A DNA stretch of 64,000 nucleotides from the NCBI GenBank assembly GCA_027494035.1, contig JAOSJQ010000001.1, positions 1,609,675 to 1,673,674 on the forward strand, given 5' to 3'. A model generated the notes under the pieces. It was given only the letters and a program-made list of their open reading frames with translations, ran no database searches and had not been told where the DNA came from. The stretch comes from Anaerolineales bacterium (lineage in GTDB: Bacteria; Chloroflexota; Anaerolineae; Anaerolineales; UBA4823). The translations under genes were made by a program, and so were the position numbers. Of the stretch, positions 1 through 8,937 are shown piece after piece (position 1 is the first letter of the stretch; each line of letters starts with the position of its first letter).

Positions 1-827
1 GTCCGATCCACGATTACATCGTAATCGCCAAAACTGCGCGGGGGGTTGGCTTCAGGCTTGCGTTCGACCTTCACCAACTCGAACAATTTGTGCGCGAGGG
101 CATTACCCAGGTCGCTTTCATGTTTGAAGACGATCAATTTACGGGTCGCCATTTTGCCGCGCGCTGCCGAGCGGTCATGTTCGAACATTTCTTCCAATGC
201 TTTCCAGAATAGTTCTAGGTCTTCCTCAGAAAAGCCTGTGCCTTTGGTGGGATCGTTGGCAAGTTTGGCGGAGACGTAACCTTCAACACGATAAAGGGCA
301 TAAGGAACGATATGCTTACGTCCCATAGTGCGCTCTTTATCCGCATCTTCGATCTTGGTCACGGTTTGGCGGGTGATGGTTACTTCTTGCTGGACGATGG
401 GGTCAATACTGCGCGAGAAGTTGAGTTGTACGGGCCCGCGTACTTGTCCGCAGTTGTCGCCGGTGCTCATCACCGCGCCGAAGGTGCGGATGTCGAAGAA
501 ATTAGCACACATCCATGCGCGGGCATCGTTTACTTGAGCAGCGGAAGCCTTATCTTTTGTTTTCAAGCCGATGGCTTCATAGGCTTCTACGTGGTTCTGA
601 TTAAGGGGCGTGCCTTCTTTGACATAGATGCGATAGCCTTTTGAATCGCCCTTGATCAATTCGGCGTAATTGCGGACTTTGCGCTTGATCGCCACATCGG
701 TCACGATACCATAGCCCGTTTCGGGATCGATACGCGGCATGTTGCCCGCGTCGGGATCGCCGTTGGGATTGCCGTTCTCCACATCGTAGAGCACCACAAA
801 TTCATAGCGGTTAGAAATAGCGGTCAT
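1..827 (-). CDS. cas7: Cas7 (Csd2), type I-C Cascade backbone subunit; C-terminus runs off the left edge
   Basis: Absent from the ORF track because it is open to the window edge. My minus-strand translation from the ATG (complement of 825-827) reads MTAISNRYEFVVLYDVENGNPNGDPDAGNMPRIDPETGYGIVTDVAIKRKVRNY..., a typical Csd2/Cas7 N-terminus. It lies directly downstream of cas8c. Confidence 0.85.
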   Translation of the reverse strand, partial: MTAISNRYEFVVLYDVENGNPNGDPDAGNMPRIDPETGYGIVTDVAIKRKVRNYAELIKGDSKGYRIYVKEGTPLNQNHVEAYEAIGLKTKDKASAAQVNDARAWMCANFFDIRTFGAVMSTGDNCGQVRGPVQLNFSRSIDPIVQQEVTITRQTVTKIEDADKERTMGRKHIVPYALYRVEGYVSAKLANDPTKGTGFSEEDLELFWKALEEMFEHDRSAARGKMATRKLIVFKHESDLGNALAHKLFELVKVERKPEANPPRSFGDYDVIVDR

Positions 828-846
828 GATTTAAGTCTCCTTTGGG

Positions 847-2736
847 TTAGTTGGTTTCGGTTGTTTCTTCTGAATTTTTATTTTTGACATAGAACGCCGC
901 GCGCTGGTGATAATAGCCAAGCACGAAGACGCCTTGTTCGTCTAATGTTAAACGCGCAGGGATGGGATTCTTTTCTACGTCAAGCAGATTCAAAATGTCC
1001 TGAATGCGGCGGTCGCTAACGTAGCCATATTCCGCTTTTGCAATGTGATGCTGCGAAAGCCGCAACAAAATTGGGAACACGGCGGCGGGCGAAGCGCAAG
1101 CCGACGTGAAATAGCGATCCTTGATGCTGGCGTTCACCTCCTTGCCGATGGCTTCCAATTGAGCCTTTTCAAGCACGGCAAACAGTCTCCCCAGCAAGTA
1201 GGCTGGAATAGTGGATTGCTCGTTAAGAGACATGACAAGTACCTCCTGAATTGGGTGTTGGGGTTGGTTTCGATATTTACGTTTGAGAAATGCCTTAATT
1301 ACAGAAGCCCGAATACGATTGACTTTTCTTATCTTTTTGTCTTCATCGTCCATATCCGCGCGAATACGGATCATTATGGCGTTGAATAAAGCGGCAGGAT
1401 ATGGAGAATTGGTAAGGATGGAACGAAAGACCGTCCCAGTGAGAAGCGGCGCAACTTTTTGTTCTCTTGACTTTTTTGATACAGTTTCGCGCAAAATCCA
1501 ACTTAACTTAATTGGCTTTTCGTCCTTCCCCAACTGTAAGTCGGAGTAATGTATTCCAATTCTTTGCACAAACTTTATGAATGGCTCTTTGTAAAAAAAG
1601 CGAATGGATGCGCGCCCGGGATTGGGCGCTTCAATGCCAAGAACATAAAAGTTTGCATTCCAATCTATTTCTTTGCTCAGTCCTTCCGCGTCTATTTTTT
1701 CGCCACGCCTTATTTTTTCTGCAATACTCCTTAATAGTTTTTCGCCCGCTTTATTTCTCGTGGGCGCATTTTCTGTCTGCTCGTTTACAGGTTCTTCAAA
1801 TTCTGCTTCCGTTAACCCAGCGAATAAAGAAGCGTATATCTGGTTGTCACTTTCAGCCCAATAAACAATCGTCGTATCATCAATAACAATTTTCTTGTTC
1901 TCGTTGGCGTCGGAGAGCAAATAGTTCAACGCCTTTGAGTAGGCTAACATTGCCTTTTTGCTAACGGGCGAGTTCAGCGCCTGCGCCTCCTTGCGATTAT
2001 AAGATTCGTAGGCAGGGGCATTAAAATTCACTAAAGCCACTCCACCATGATAGGGAGCGATTCCCTTAATTTTGATGTAGTGACGAGGGGCAATAGGCAC
2101 ATTCTCCTCGCCAGTTACAAGGCACTGACCGATATATTCATCGCTACTTGATTGATTATGAGCTTCCCATGCCTTACGAATTTTCTCGTTTTTATGGACA
2201 AACTCACCGTTTACTCTAAAAACGAACCTTGCCTTGCCAGCTTTCAGAATATCGCTTAAGTATTTAGCAATATACGGATCCTTTTTGCCATCAGCAGGAT
2301 CATACTTATCCAAAAAGGCTACTACAGCTTTTGCTTCAACACAGTCTGCTTTCGCAAGAATTTCTTTGTTGTACTCACGGAAGGCATTTAAACGCTGAGA
2401 ACTGTATTTTGGCTTTTCTTCATCTTCTGGCGAGATACCCAAGACATATGCGCTGTTATCGCAAAGAAAGTACGCGGGCGGATTTTTCCCAGAGCGTGCG
2501 GGTTGTTCTGGAACTATCATATTTAGCGGTTTATCCACCAGTTTTTTACCGCGTTGTACTTGCTGTGCAAGCGGGATGACGTTTTGCAAATCACCCTTTA
2601 CAGACAAATCCAGCGCATAACTGACTTCAACAACGCTGTAACCCGCTTGGGCGACATCGCTTTCTTCTTCATCTTCCTTGGTAGTAATTTCGTTCGACAA
2701 AATATCGTAATAACGCGCCAGCGCTTGCAGGATCAT
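847..2736 (-). CDS. cas8c: Cas8c (Csd1), type I-C large subunit
   Basis: ORF 847..2847. The likely true start is the internal Met ([14 protein letters not shown]...), which has a GGAGG SD and an ATGA overlap with the cas5 stop. Size and position between cas5 and cas7 fit Csd1. Confidence 0.8.
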   Translation of the reverse strand: MILQALARYYDILSNEITTKEDEEESDVAQAGYSVVEVSYALDLSVKGDLQNVIPLAQQVQRGKKLVDKPLNMIVPEQPARSGKNPPAYFLCDNSAYVLGISPEDEEKPKYSSQRLNAFREYNKEILAKADCVEAKAVVAFLDKYDPADGKKDPYIAKYLSDILKAGKARFVFRVNGEFVHKNEKIRKAWEAHNQSSSDEYIGQCLVTGEENVPIAPRHYIKIKGIAPYHGGVALVNFNAPAYESYNRKEAQALNSPVSKKAMLAYSKALNYLLSDANENKKIVIDDTTIVYWAESDNQIYASLFAGLTEAEFEEPVNEQTENAPTRNKAGEKLLRSIAEKIRRGEKIDAEGLSKEIDWNANFYVLGIEAPNPGRASIRFFYKEPFIKFVQRIGIHYSDLQLGKDEKPIKLSWILRETVSKKSREQKVAPLLTGTVFRSILTNSPYPAALFNAIMIRIRADMDDEDKKIRKVNRIRASVIKAFLKRKYRNQPQHPIQEVLVMSLNEQSTIPAYLLGRLFAVLEKAQLEAIGKEVNASIKDRYFTSACASPAAVFPILLRLSQHHIAKAEYGYVSDRRIQDILNLLDVEKNPIPARLTLDEQGVFVLGYYHQRAAFYVKNKNSEETTETN

Positions 2737-3359
2737 CCTCGCACCTCCAGATTGGTCAAATCCAGCACGCCGTTTTTGAGAGAAGCGCGAAAGAACTGCC
2801 GCTTGATGTCTGCCGAATCGGAGAAATCCAGATCGTGCAACATCCAACCTAATTCCATATCGCCGAGCGGGCTGGACGGGATAGGTTCGCCGTCTTCGAT
2901 CAACTCCACCTTTGCGCCAAACTCGCGCGTTCCTAGACTCGGCGCGTGAAAATGCTGTCCCTTACGCAGGCGGCGCAGGATCATGTTGTAGTGCTTTTCT
3001 TTAGTGTCTTCTTCGCCCGCTTTATCAGTTAGATCGAAATGCGCTTCGATGACGTATTCCACATTTTTCAACACCAGCGCGGCGCGTTGCTGACGAATTT
3101 TCGTCGCTACCAGATAAGGTTTTCTTTCCGAAGCCTTTTCGCTCACCTCATTTCGCCGAATGTTAGTGAATTCAATCGGCTTCAAGACGTGGATTTTGTC
3201 GATTACCCAGCGGATAGCGGGCTTCCAATAGATCGCCTCGATGATGCCGCGCGCCGCCGATGGGGTGATAACGTCGTAACTGACGCGCTCCACCTTCATT
3301 TCAGGGCGGGTGAACAGGGCATAATCGCCGCTGACTCGGATTTTGATTCCGTATCCCAT
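2733..3359 (-). CDS. cas5: Cas5d (type I-C pre-crRNA endoribonuclease Cas5)
   Basis: N-terminus [49 protein letters not shown] is the Cas5d signature. An AGGAGG SD lies upstream. Confidence 0.88.
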   Translation of the reverse strand: MGYGIKIRVSGDYALFTRPEMKVERVSYDVITPSAARGIIEAIYWKPAIRWVIDKIHVLKPIEFTNIRRNEVSEKASERKPYLVATKIRQQRAALVLKNVEYVIEAHFDLTDKAGEEDTKEKHYNMILRRLRKGQHFHAPSLGTREFGAKVELIEDGEPIPSSPLGDMELGWMLHDLDFSDSADIKRQFFRASLKNGVLDLTNLEVRG

Positions 3360-3377
3360 AGAACGAACCTCCTTTTT

Positions 3378-6300
3378 TCAATCGAAGAAAACCGCGTCTC
3401 CGCCTGTGTCTGCAGGCAAGACGAGGCCGGTCTCCTGGTTATAAAACTCCAGGAGGCTATTTTCTATCAGAACCTGATATGTGTCATTAATTGTCTCGAT
3501 TACTCCTTTGCTCTGAAGTTTTTCAAATTCGTTTTCATAAATATTGACAGTGAACATCTGTAGTTGTCGGGCAAGGCTATATGGGTAGGGATGATATTTC
3601 GCCTGTTGAATCAGCTTTTTGGCTTCGTCGTTATAAGGAATAACAACGGCTATGGTATTCCTGTCAATTAACCTGAAATTCTCAGCCGCCGTCTTGAAGT
3701 CAAAGTCGAGTTCGCTCGTGCCTTTGTCGAAGTATGATAGTATTTTTCTCGCGTCGAAGGCCTCTTTGCTTTGCAGGTTATACAAGAAGTTGAAATAGTA
3801 TTCAATTGCTTCTTTCGAGTCGGTCTGCCCTGCAAAATCTCGCAAGGCACTCTCAGCCACCGCCGCGCCTTGCTTGATAAACGTAGGGGTCTTTTTGATG
3901 AAAGGCGTTTCAGGATCGAAGACGTACACGTCGCTGACTTCTCGCTTCATCTCGCGGTTCACGCGCCCCGCCGCCTGAATGATAGAATCCAAACCTGCCA
4001 GCGCGCGAAAGCCGACGGGAAAATCCACGTCAATGCCCGCTTCCATCACTTGAGTTGAGATCACGCGGCAAGTCTGATCCAGCTTTAGACGCTCTCGAAC
4101 TTCGGTCAAAACCTCCTTACGATGCATGGCGCACATCAACGTCGAAAGATGGAAACTTCCTTCCTCGTCCAACTGATCAAACAATCCTTTGGCGTGCTTG
4201 CGTGTGTTGACGATACACAGCGCCTGCGAATGCGCTTTTATCCTGTCTATCAGGTCTTCATCTGGCATCTTGCCAATATTCGTTACTTGTACGCGCTTAT
4301 AAAAATCGAACAGCGCCTGCGGATCAGGAGCAAGTTCAGTAAGAGTAACGTTGGGTAGACGCCGGTCCAGCGCGGGCTGGGTGGCTGTGCAAAAGACCGC
4401 GCTCGCTCCGTAGTTTGTTACCAATTCTTTGACAGCCAGCATACAGGGGTCTAAATATTCACGCGGCAACATTTGGGCTTCGTCAAAGATGATGACGCTC
4501 TTGGCTAGGTTGTGCAATTTACGGCAGCGAGACGATTTGTTGGCAAAGAGCGATTCGAAGAATTGCACATTGGTCGTGACGACGATTGGAATATCCCAAT
4601 TTTCAGAAGCCAACTTTAATTTGTCGAGCGCGTCTTTGGTTTGGTCATCGGCTGATTCCGAATCGGGCTTATCGCTCTTCTTCCAGTCAAAGTTGGAGTG
4701 ATGCTCCAACACGTTCTCGTCACCAAGATATTCTTTGAATACGGCGGCATTCTGTTCAATAATGCTTGTGAACGGAATGACGTAAATTACGTGCTTCAAT
4801 CCGTGCTTGACAGCATGGTTCAGCGCAAAGGCCATCGAAGCCAGAGTCTTTCCGCCGCCCGTGGGAATGGTCAGGGTGAAAAAAACCCTGTGGCGATTCC
4901 GCTTTTTCTTTACAGGCGTTGAGAGTCTCTGTCCGTTTCTTGTTGATGTCGCCTTGCGGGTTGTCGAACTTTTGCATGGCGAGATTGAACATCCCGCAAA
5001 GTTCTTCGATGCTGGCATATCCGCCGCGCGGCTTTTCGCTTTTATTCATGTAGGTTTCAGTTTCCTGAAAATCCGCATCTACCAGGGCAGAGAAAACCAT
5101 GCGCGTCAGGAAGGCAAACGAAAAGCCAGGATGTTTTTTGTCAGGCTTAATTCTCAAACGCGCAGGCAGGCTCAAATCAGCGGGACGGATTTCATTTTGG
5201 TACGCGCTGTAATCCTTCAAGGCTTTTTTCTCGACGCGCGATAAAAGCGTACCGTCACCGTCTACGTCGGCAGGGGAGCCATAATCTGGTAACCCCGTGT
5301 GATGACCCGCGATGCAGTATGCCAGCATGTCGGCAAGAAATTTCTGGTTTTGGTCTTTGTTGAATAATGCACGGATTTCCTTTGCTCCCGCTGTGGCGTG
5401 ATCTACCTTGCCTCCCGAACCATCCAATCGCCTTTGAAACTCTTTCGAGTATTTTCCAATATCGTGCAATAACGCGGCCATTTTCGCCAGTTCAGATATG
5501 CCTGCATCTGTACCAAAGGCTTCGGCTAAATTCGCCGTGTTATTCAAATGGTCTTTTAGCAATTGCCATCTGAATTTATCTTCTCCTTTGCGAGAGTGAG
5601 CGTAATAGAGCGTTTCTTCTATCTTTACCTCCCTCACCCCATACATCTCTACCAGCTTCCTTGCTTCCCGCTCGAGCGCCCTCCTCAGTCCTTCTGGCGC
5701 CAGCACCTCGCAATCCGCGCCCCAACCGCGCACCCAGGGGAGCATCTCCTGCCATTCAGCTACCTGGGCTTCCCATAACAACCCTCCATCGGGCTCTTCA
5801 GTCACTTTCTCGGTCTTATGCCAGACACTCTCGCGCAGTCGGCGGGCAGCAGGACCTGGTTTGAATCGCAGCCTCACGGTTTTCGGTTCGCTTTCGCTGC
5901 CCCAGATCCCCCAGGCATAACGGAGCAATTCTTCCTCATCGAAATCGAGCGGTAGATCGAAACGTGCAAGTTTTAATTCTGCTTTTTCAATCCGCTCGAT
6001 CTTGAAAGTTAAGGTCTTACCGAACTGTTCGCTGAAACCGATCAAATAAGCGCCATCCGTCCAGAGCGAGGGTTCAATAAGATATGGATGGACCAGGTGT
6101 TGGCGCGTTTCGCGGCTCTTCAAAGCTTTATATTGAACGTCCACTTTACGATGCTCTGCCCAGCCCCGCGTAATTGCTTCGAGCGCTTTCACCCGATTTG
6201 GATCTACATTTTGGGTTAGGATTTTGTCTGCTGCCTGGACTAAACGTTCTGTCATTGGCTGTTTCAAAGCCAGAGCAAGCTTTTCAAGTGCGCTGGCAAA

Positions 6301-6594
6301 GTGAGGTTGAGCGATGTGGGTCTGGCGGGAAGCGCGCCGCGTCGCCAGATAAAGCGCAAGCGTCTCATGCAGATTTACTTTAATATTGGGCATATAGCCT
6401 ATGCGATCCAAACGGTAGCGACCTGCACCCTCCTCGACAAAAGAGTGTTCTCGTTCCAACTCGGTACGATCGCGGTATACCGTGGTGCGGTCAACATCGA
6501 GACGGGCAGCCATTTCGATATCGGTGTAACCGCGCTGTAAGTAGAGCCAGATCATTTCCTGGAGTCGTTCTACCTTTGTGAATCCTTTCGCCAT
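3378..6594 (-). CDS. cas3: Cas3 (HD nuclease + SF2 helicase) with N-terminal HTH-WYL-WCX module; reading frame broken at an A7 run
   Basis: ORFs 4756..6594 and 3378..5018 join if one A is dropped from A7 at 4879-4885 (...KEKAESPQGFF|TLTIPTGGGKTLASMAF). HD motifs: LLHDIGK, GHHTGLPDY, LVDADF. Helicase motifs: GGGKT, IIFDEAQ, STQVMEAGIDVDF. The first ~330 aa read as wHTH + WYL + WCX. Confidence 0.8.
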
Positions 6595-6620
6595 TATTCT
6601 TCCTCCATTCCGATAATCCG

Positions 6621-6752
6621 GACAGGCGGTTTATTCCCCCGGGCAATTTTTCGTTCAAGAAGATTATATCTGTTTTTACATGCCAGACCTGCCAGCCGGG
6701 TTATTTCTGACAGGTCTGTAAGCTCGACAGGTCCCCTCAATGATCCTGTCAA
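6621..6752 (-). promoter_or_regulatory. Putative cas operon promoter/operator region with repeated GACAGG motifs
   Basis: Imperfect inverted repeat CAGACCTGCCAG (6684-6695) / CTGACAGGTCTG (6707-6718). Further GACAGG copies at 6621 and 6726, and CCTGTC at 6745. A minus-strand TATAAT lies at 6663-6668, about 70 nt upstream of the cas3 ATG. Confidence 0.35.
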
Positions 6753-7130
6753 CCAGCGATCCCTAATGAAATTAACACGTCAATGTTGCAGAATCTGCAA
6801 CATATCGGAAAACGTTTTTTTAATTGGAATAGACATAACTGACCGCACGACCTAAGACTCCAGCAAATTGCTCCTGTACCCCGCTTTGCTCCCCTACGCT
6901 CATCTCTAAAAATCCACCAGATTGCGTAGAACGTTTCCGCAATCATCGGATGACAAATCCCCCGCGCTGGGTTAGGCTTGGTCCTGAGCGTTCCGAGACC
7001 AAACTTAGGGCGCCAACGCCTCGTTCGGATCAGCGACTTGGATACCATTGTATAATGGGGGCGCTCGGCGTATGGGCAGCCTCACAAGTTATATCGACCA
7101 GCAGCGGCGGCTTGCCGCAAACGGAGAGGG

Positions 7131-7553
7131 ATGATGAAGATTACCGACGTGTTGCGCGTCGAGCACCAGCTTTTACACGTGATGGACGAGGCGATGGCTG
7201 AGTGGCTGGCAAAAGCCCCCGCAATCGCGGCAGTCGAGATGCGGGGGCGCACCAGCCTGCTTTACGCCGCTTTGGAAGATCACGCTCAACGCGAGGAGCA
7301 GTATTTGTTTGCGCATCTTCGTCCGCTTTCGGACCTGGCGCGCCACCTGGTCGATATGATGATCATCGTCCACGACGAGGTGCGCAGCTTGTTCGAAGAA
7401 GTCCAAACGGTGGAAAACCCGAAAGAGCAGATCTGGACGATTCTGGATCTCACGGAGACGCACTTCGTGAGGGAGAACGAGGAAGTGTTCCCCTTGGCTG
7501 AGGAATTGATGCCGGAGGAGCTTCTTTTAGAATTGGGAAAACAGGGCGGCTGA
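7131..7553 (+). CDS. Hemerythrin-like (HHE cation-binding) domain protein
   Basis: 140 aa, helical, with spaced His/Glu pairs (VEHQLLH, EEQYLFAHL, VHDEV, THFVRENEEVFP) as in hemerythrin-like metal-binding proteins. Confidence 0.65.
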   Translation: MMKITDVLRVEHQLLHVMDEAMAEWLAKAPAIAAVEMRGRTSLLYAALEDHAQREEQYLFAHLRPLSDLARHLVDMMIIVHDEVRSLFEEVQTVENPKEQIWTILDLTETHFVRENEEVFPLAEELMPEELLLELGKQGG

Positions 7554-7604
7554 ACCAAACCAGCCCCCTTCACTTATGAGGAGATCCGGAGGTACCTTAA
7601 ACAC

Positions 7605-8024
7605 ATGCCCCCTTTGACCCGTTGGTTTCTTAAAAGCTCGCTGTTGTTTTTTATCCTGAGTGTGCTGTTTGGATTGCTGCTGGCTGTACAAACGCCGTTG
7701 AAACTGCCCGCCAGCATCGTCGCCTTTAGCCCGGTTTATTTTCACCTGTTCATGGTCGGTTGGGTGGCGCAGTTGATTTTTGGCGTGGTATTTTGGATGT
7801 TCCCCAAGTATTCCAAGGAGAAACCGCGCGGCAGCGAATTGTTAGGCTGGATCGTGTTTGGGCTGCTCAACGTTGGTCTGGCGCTGCGCGTGATTGCCGA
7901 GCCAGCCCAGGCTTTGAACCCGGCTTTGGTGTGGAGCTGGCTGCTGGCGGTTTCGGCGGTGATGCAGTGGCTGGCGGGCATGATATTTGTCGCCAACACC
8001 TGGGGCAGGGTCAAGGAGCGTTGA
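7605..8024 (+). CDS. Small 4-TM membrane protein, paralogue A (function unknown)
   Basis: 139 aa hydrophobic ORF. Shares the motif H-x3-(F/M)-x-GW-x2-QL-x-G-x2-FW-x-P-x-(Y/F)-SK with the next gene. Confidence 0.6.
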   Translation: MPPLTRWFLKSSLLFFILSVLFGLLLAVQTPLKLPASIVAFSPVYFHLFMVGWVAQLIFGVVFWMFPKYSKEKPRGSELLGWIVFGLLNVGLALRVIAEPAQALNPALVWSWLLAVSAVMQWLAGMIFVANTWGRVKER

Positions 8025-8025
8025 G

Positions 8026-8436
8026 ATGCCGCGGCTGAGCATTTGGTTCATTCGGTCTGCCCTGACGTACCTGGTTTTGGGTTTCACCCTCGGAGCGTTG
8101 CTGCTTTTCAATAAGGGATTCCCGTTTTACCCATTCCTGTGGGGTTTACTGCCCTCGCACGTCGAGTTCGTTTTATTCGGCTGGACGGTGCAGCTGGTCA
8201 TGGGGATGGCGTTTTGGATTCTTCCCAGGTTCTCGAAGTCGCCCTTCCGCGGAAACGAAAAGCTGGCTTGGGGAACGTTCATTTTGATTAACGTCGGAAT
8301 CTGGCTGCATGTGCTGGGAACCATTGGATCGGGCAGCCAGTGGCTCGTCCTGACCGGCAGAGTTGCAGAAGCGCTGGGGATCGTGGTTTTTGCGGTCTAT
8401 TTATGGCCGCGGATCAAGGGGGTTGGCGCCCCCTGA
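8026..8436 (+). CDS. Small 4-TM membrane protein, paralogue B
   Basis: Starts at the internal Met MPRLSIWFIRSAL, 2 nt after the stop of paralogue A. Colinear similarity to 7605..8024 (MP.L..WF..S.L, GW..QL..G..FW..P..SK, NVG). Confidence 0.6.
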   Translation: MPRLSIWFIRSALTYLVLGFTLGALLLFNKGFPFYPFLWGLLPSHVEFVLFGWTVQLVMGMAFWILPRFSKSPFRGNEKLAWGTFILINVGIWLHVLGTIGSGSQWLVLTGRVAEALGIVVFAVYLWPRIKGVGAP

Positions 8437-8468
8437 CGGACGAGCGATGCCAGTTATTCCAGGCTGGG

Positions 8469-8831
8469 TCAAACCCTTGCCCGACCCGCCCAGAATTCGA
8501 TCCGGTGTCCTTCGGGATCGAACACGTAGAACACTTTAGCCCCCCAGACCTCTTTGATAACAGTTGGGCTCAACCCTGCGTCTTGTAAACAGGCGCGGGC
8601 AGCCGTGATCTCAGCCACTTGCAAGCCGATTGTGACCCCTTTTCCGTCCCCACTTTTGATGGATGTGCGCGATTCGTCTGCCACGCTCAGGCGGGAAGTA
8701 TTGGTCAAAATGAACTCGACGAACCATTCGGTATAGGCGTGTATCGGCAGCTTTAATCCGAAGCGATAAAAAGCCACCGTCTCTTCCCATTTTTTGCAGT
8801 ACAGAATTACGTTGGCTGTCTCGAAATGCAT
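8469..8831 (-). CDS. VOC / glyoxalase-family protein
   Basis: MHFETANVILYCKKWEETVAFY...VFYVFDPEGHRIEFW: the paired beta-alpha-beta-beta-beta pattern typical of the glyoxalase/bleomycin-resistance fold. Confidence 0.65.
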   Translation of the reverse strand: MHFETANVILYCKKWEETVAFYRFGLKLPIHAYTEWFVEFILTNTSRLSVADESRTSIKSGDGKGVTIGLQVAEITAARACLQDAGLSPTVIKEVWGAKVFYVFDPEGHRIEFWAGRARV

Positions 8832-8937
8832 GATGATATCCGCTCGTTTGATGATGGTAGGAATAATCCGAGAGGATACCATAGGTTGCAGCGAACCACC
8901 AATAAACCCCCAATTTCTCCTTGCGGATGACGTTTGA

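Noticed and set aside
3378-6594. Reading the two cas3 ORFs as a natural split into Cas3'' (HD) and Cas3' (helicase) genes.
   Set aside because: The break is 5 codons before Walker A, not at the HD/helicase domain border. The ORFs overlap by 260 nt. The first ~50 aa of the downstream ORF are out-of-frame nonsense (MPASKNFAGCSISPCKSS...). The frames join precisely at a homopolymer.
1-7130. Search for a CRISPR array, leader, or cas4/cas1/cas2 near the type I-C effector genes.
   Set aside because: No regularly spaced direct repeats were seen in the cas3-proximal spacer (6595-7130) or elsewhere in the window. By I-C gene order, the adaptation genes and array should lie beyond the left edge, downstream of cas7.
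6950-7201. An 83-aa ORF (MTNPPRWVRLGPERS...), plus mini-ORFs MTDPAG* (15895) and MTNAAGRGILYTGDKSCTYLV* (24802), all starting in the GGATGAC core of the conserved intergenic element. This suggested possible leader peptides.
   Set aside because: There is no SD, the lengths differ wildly (6 to 83 aa), and conservation stops after 3-4 codons. The similarity is better explained at the DNA/RNA level.
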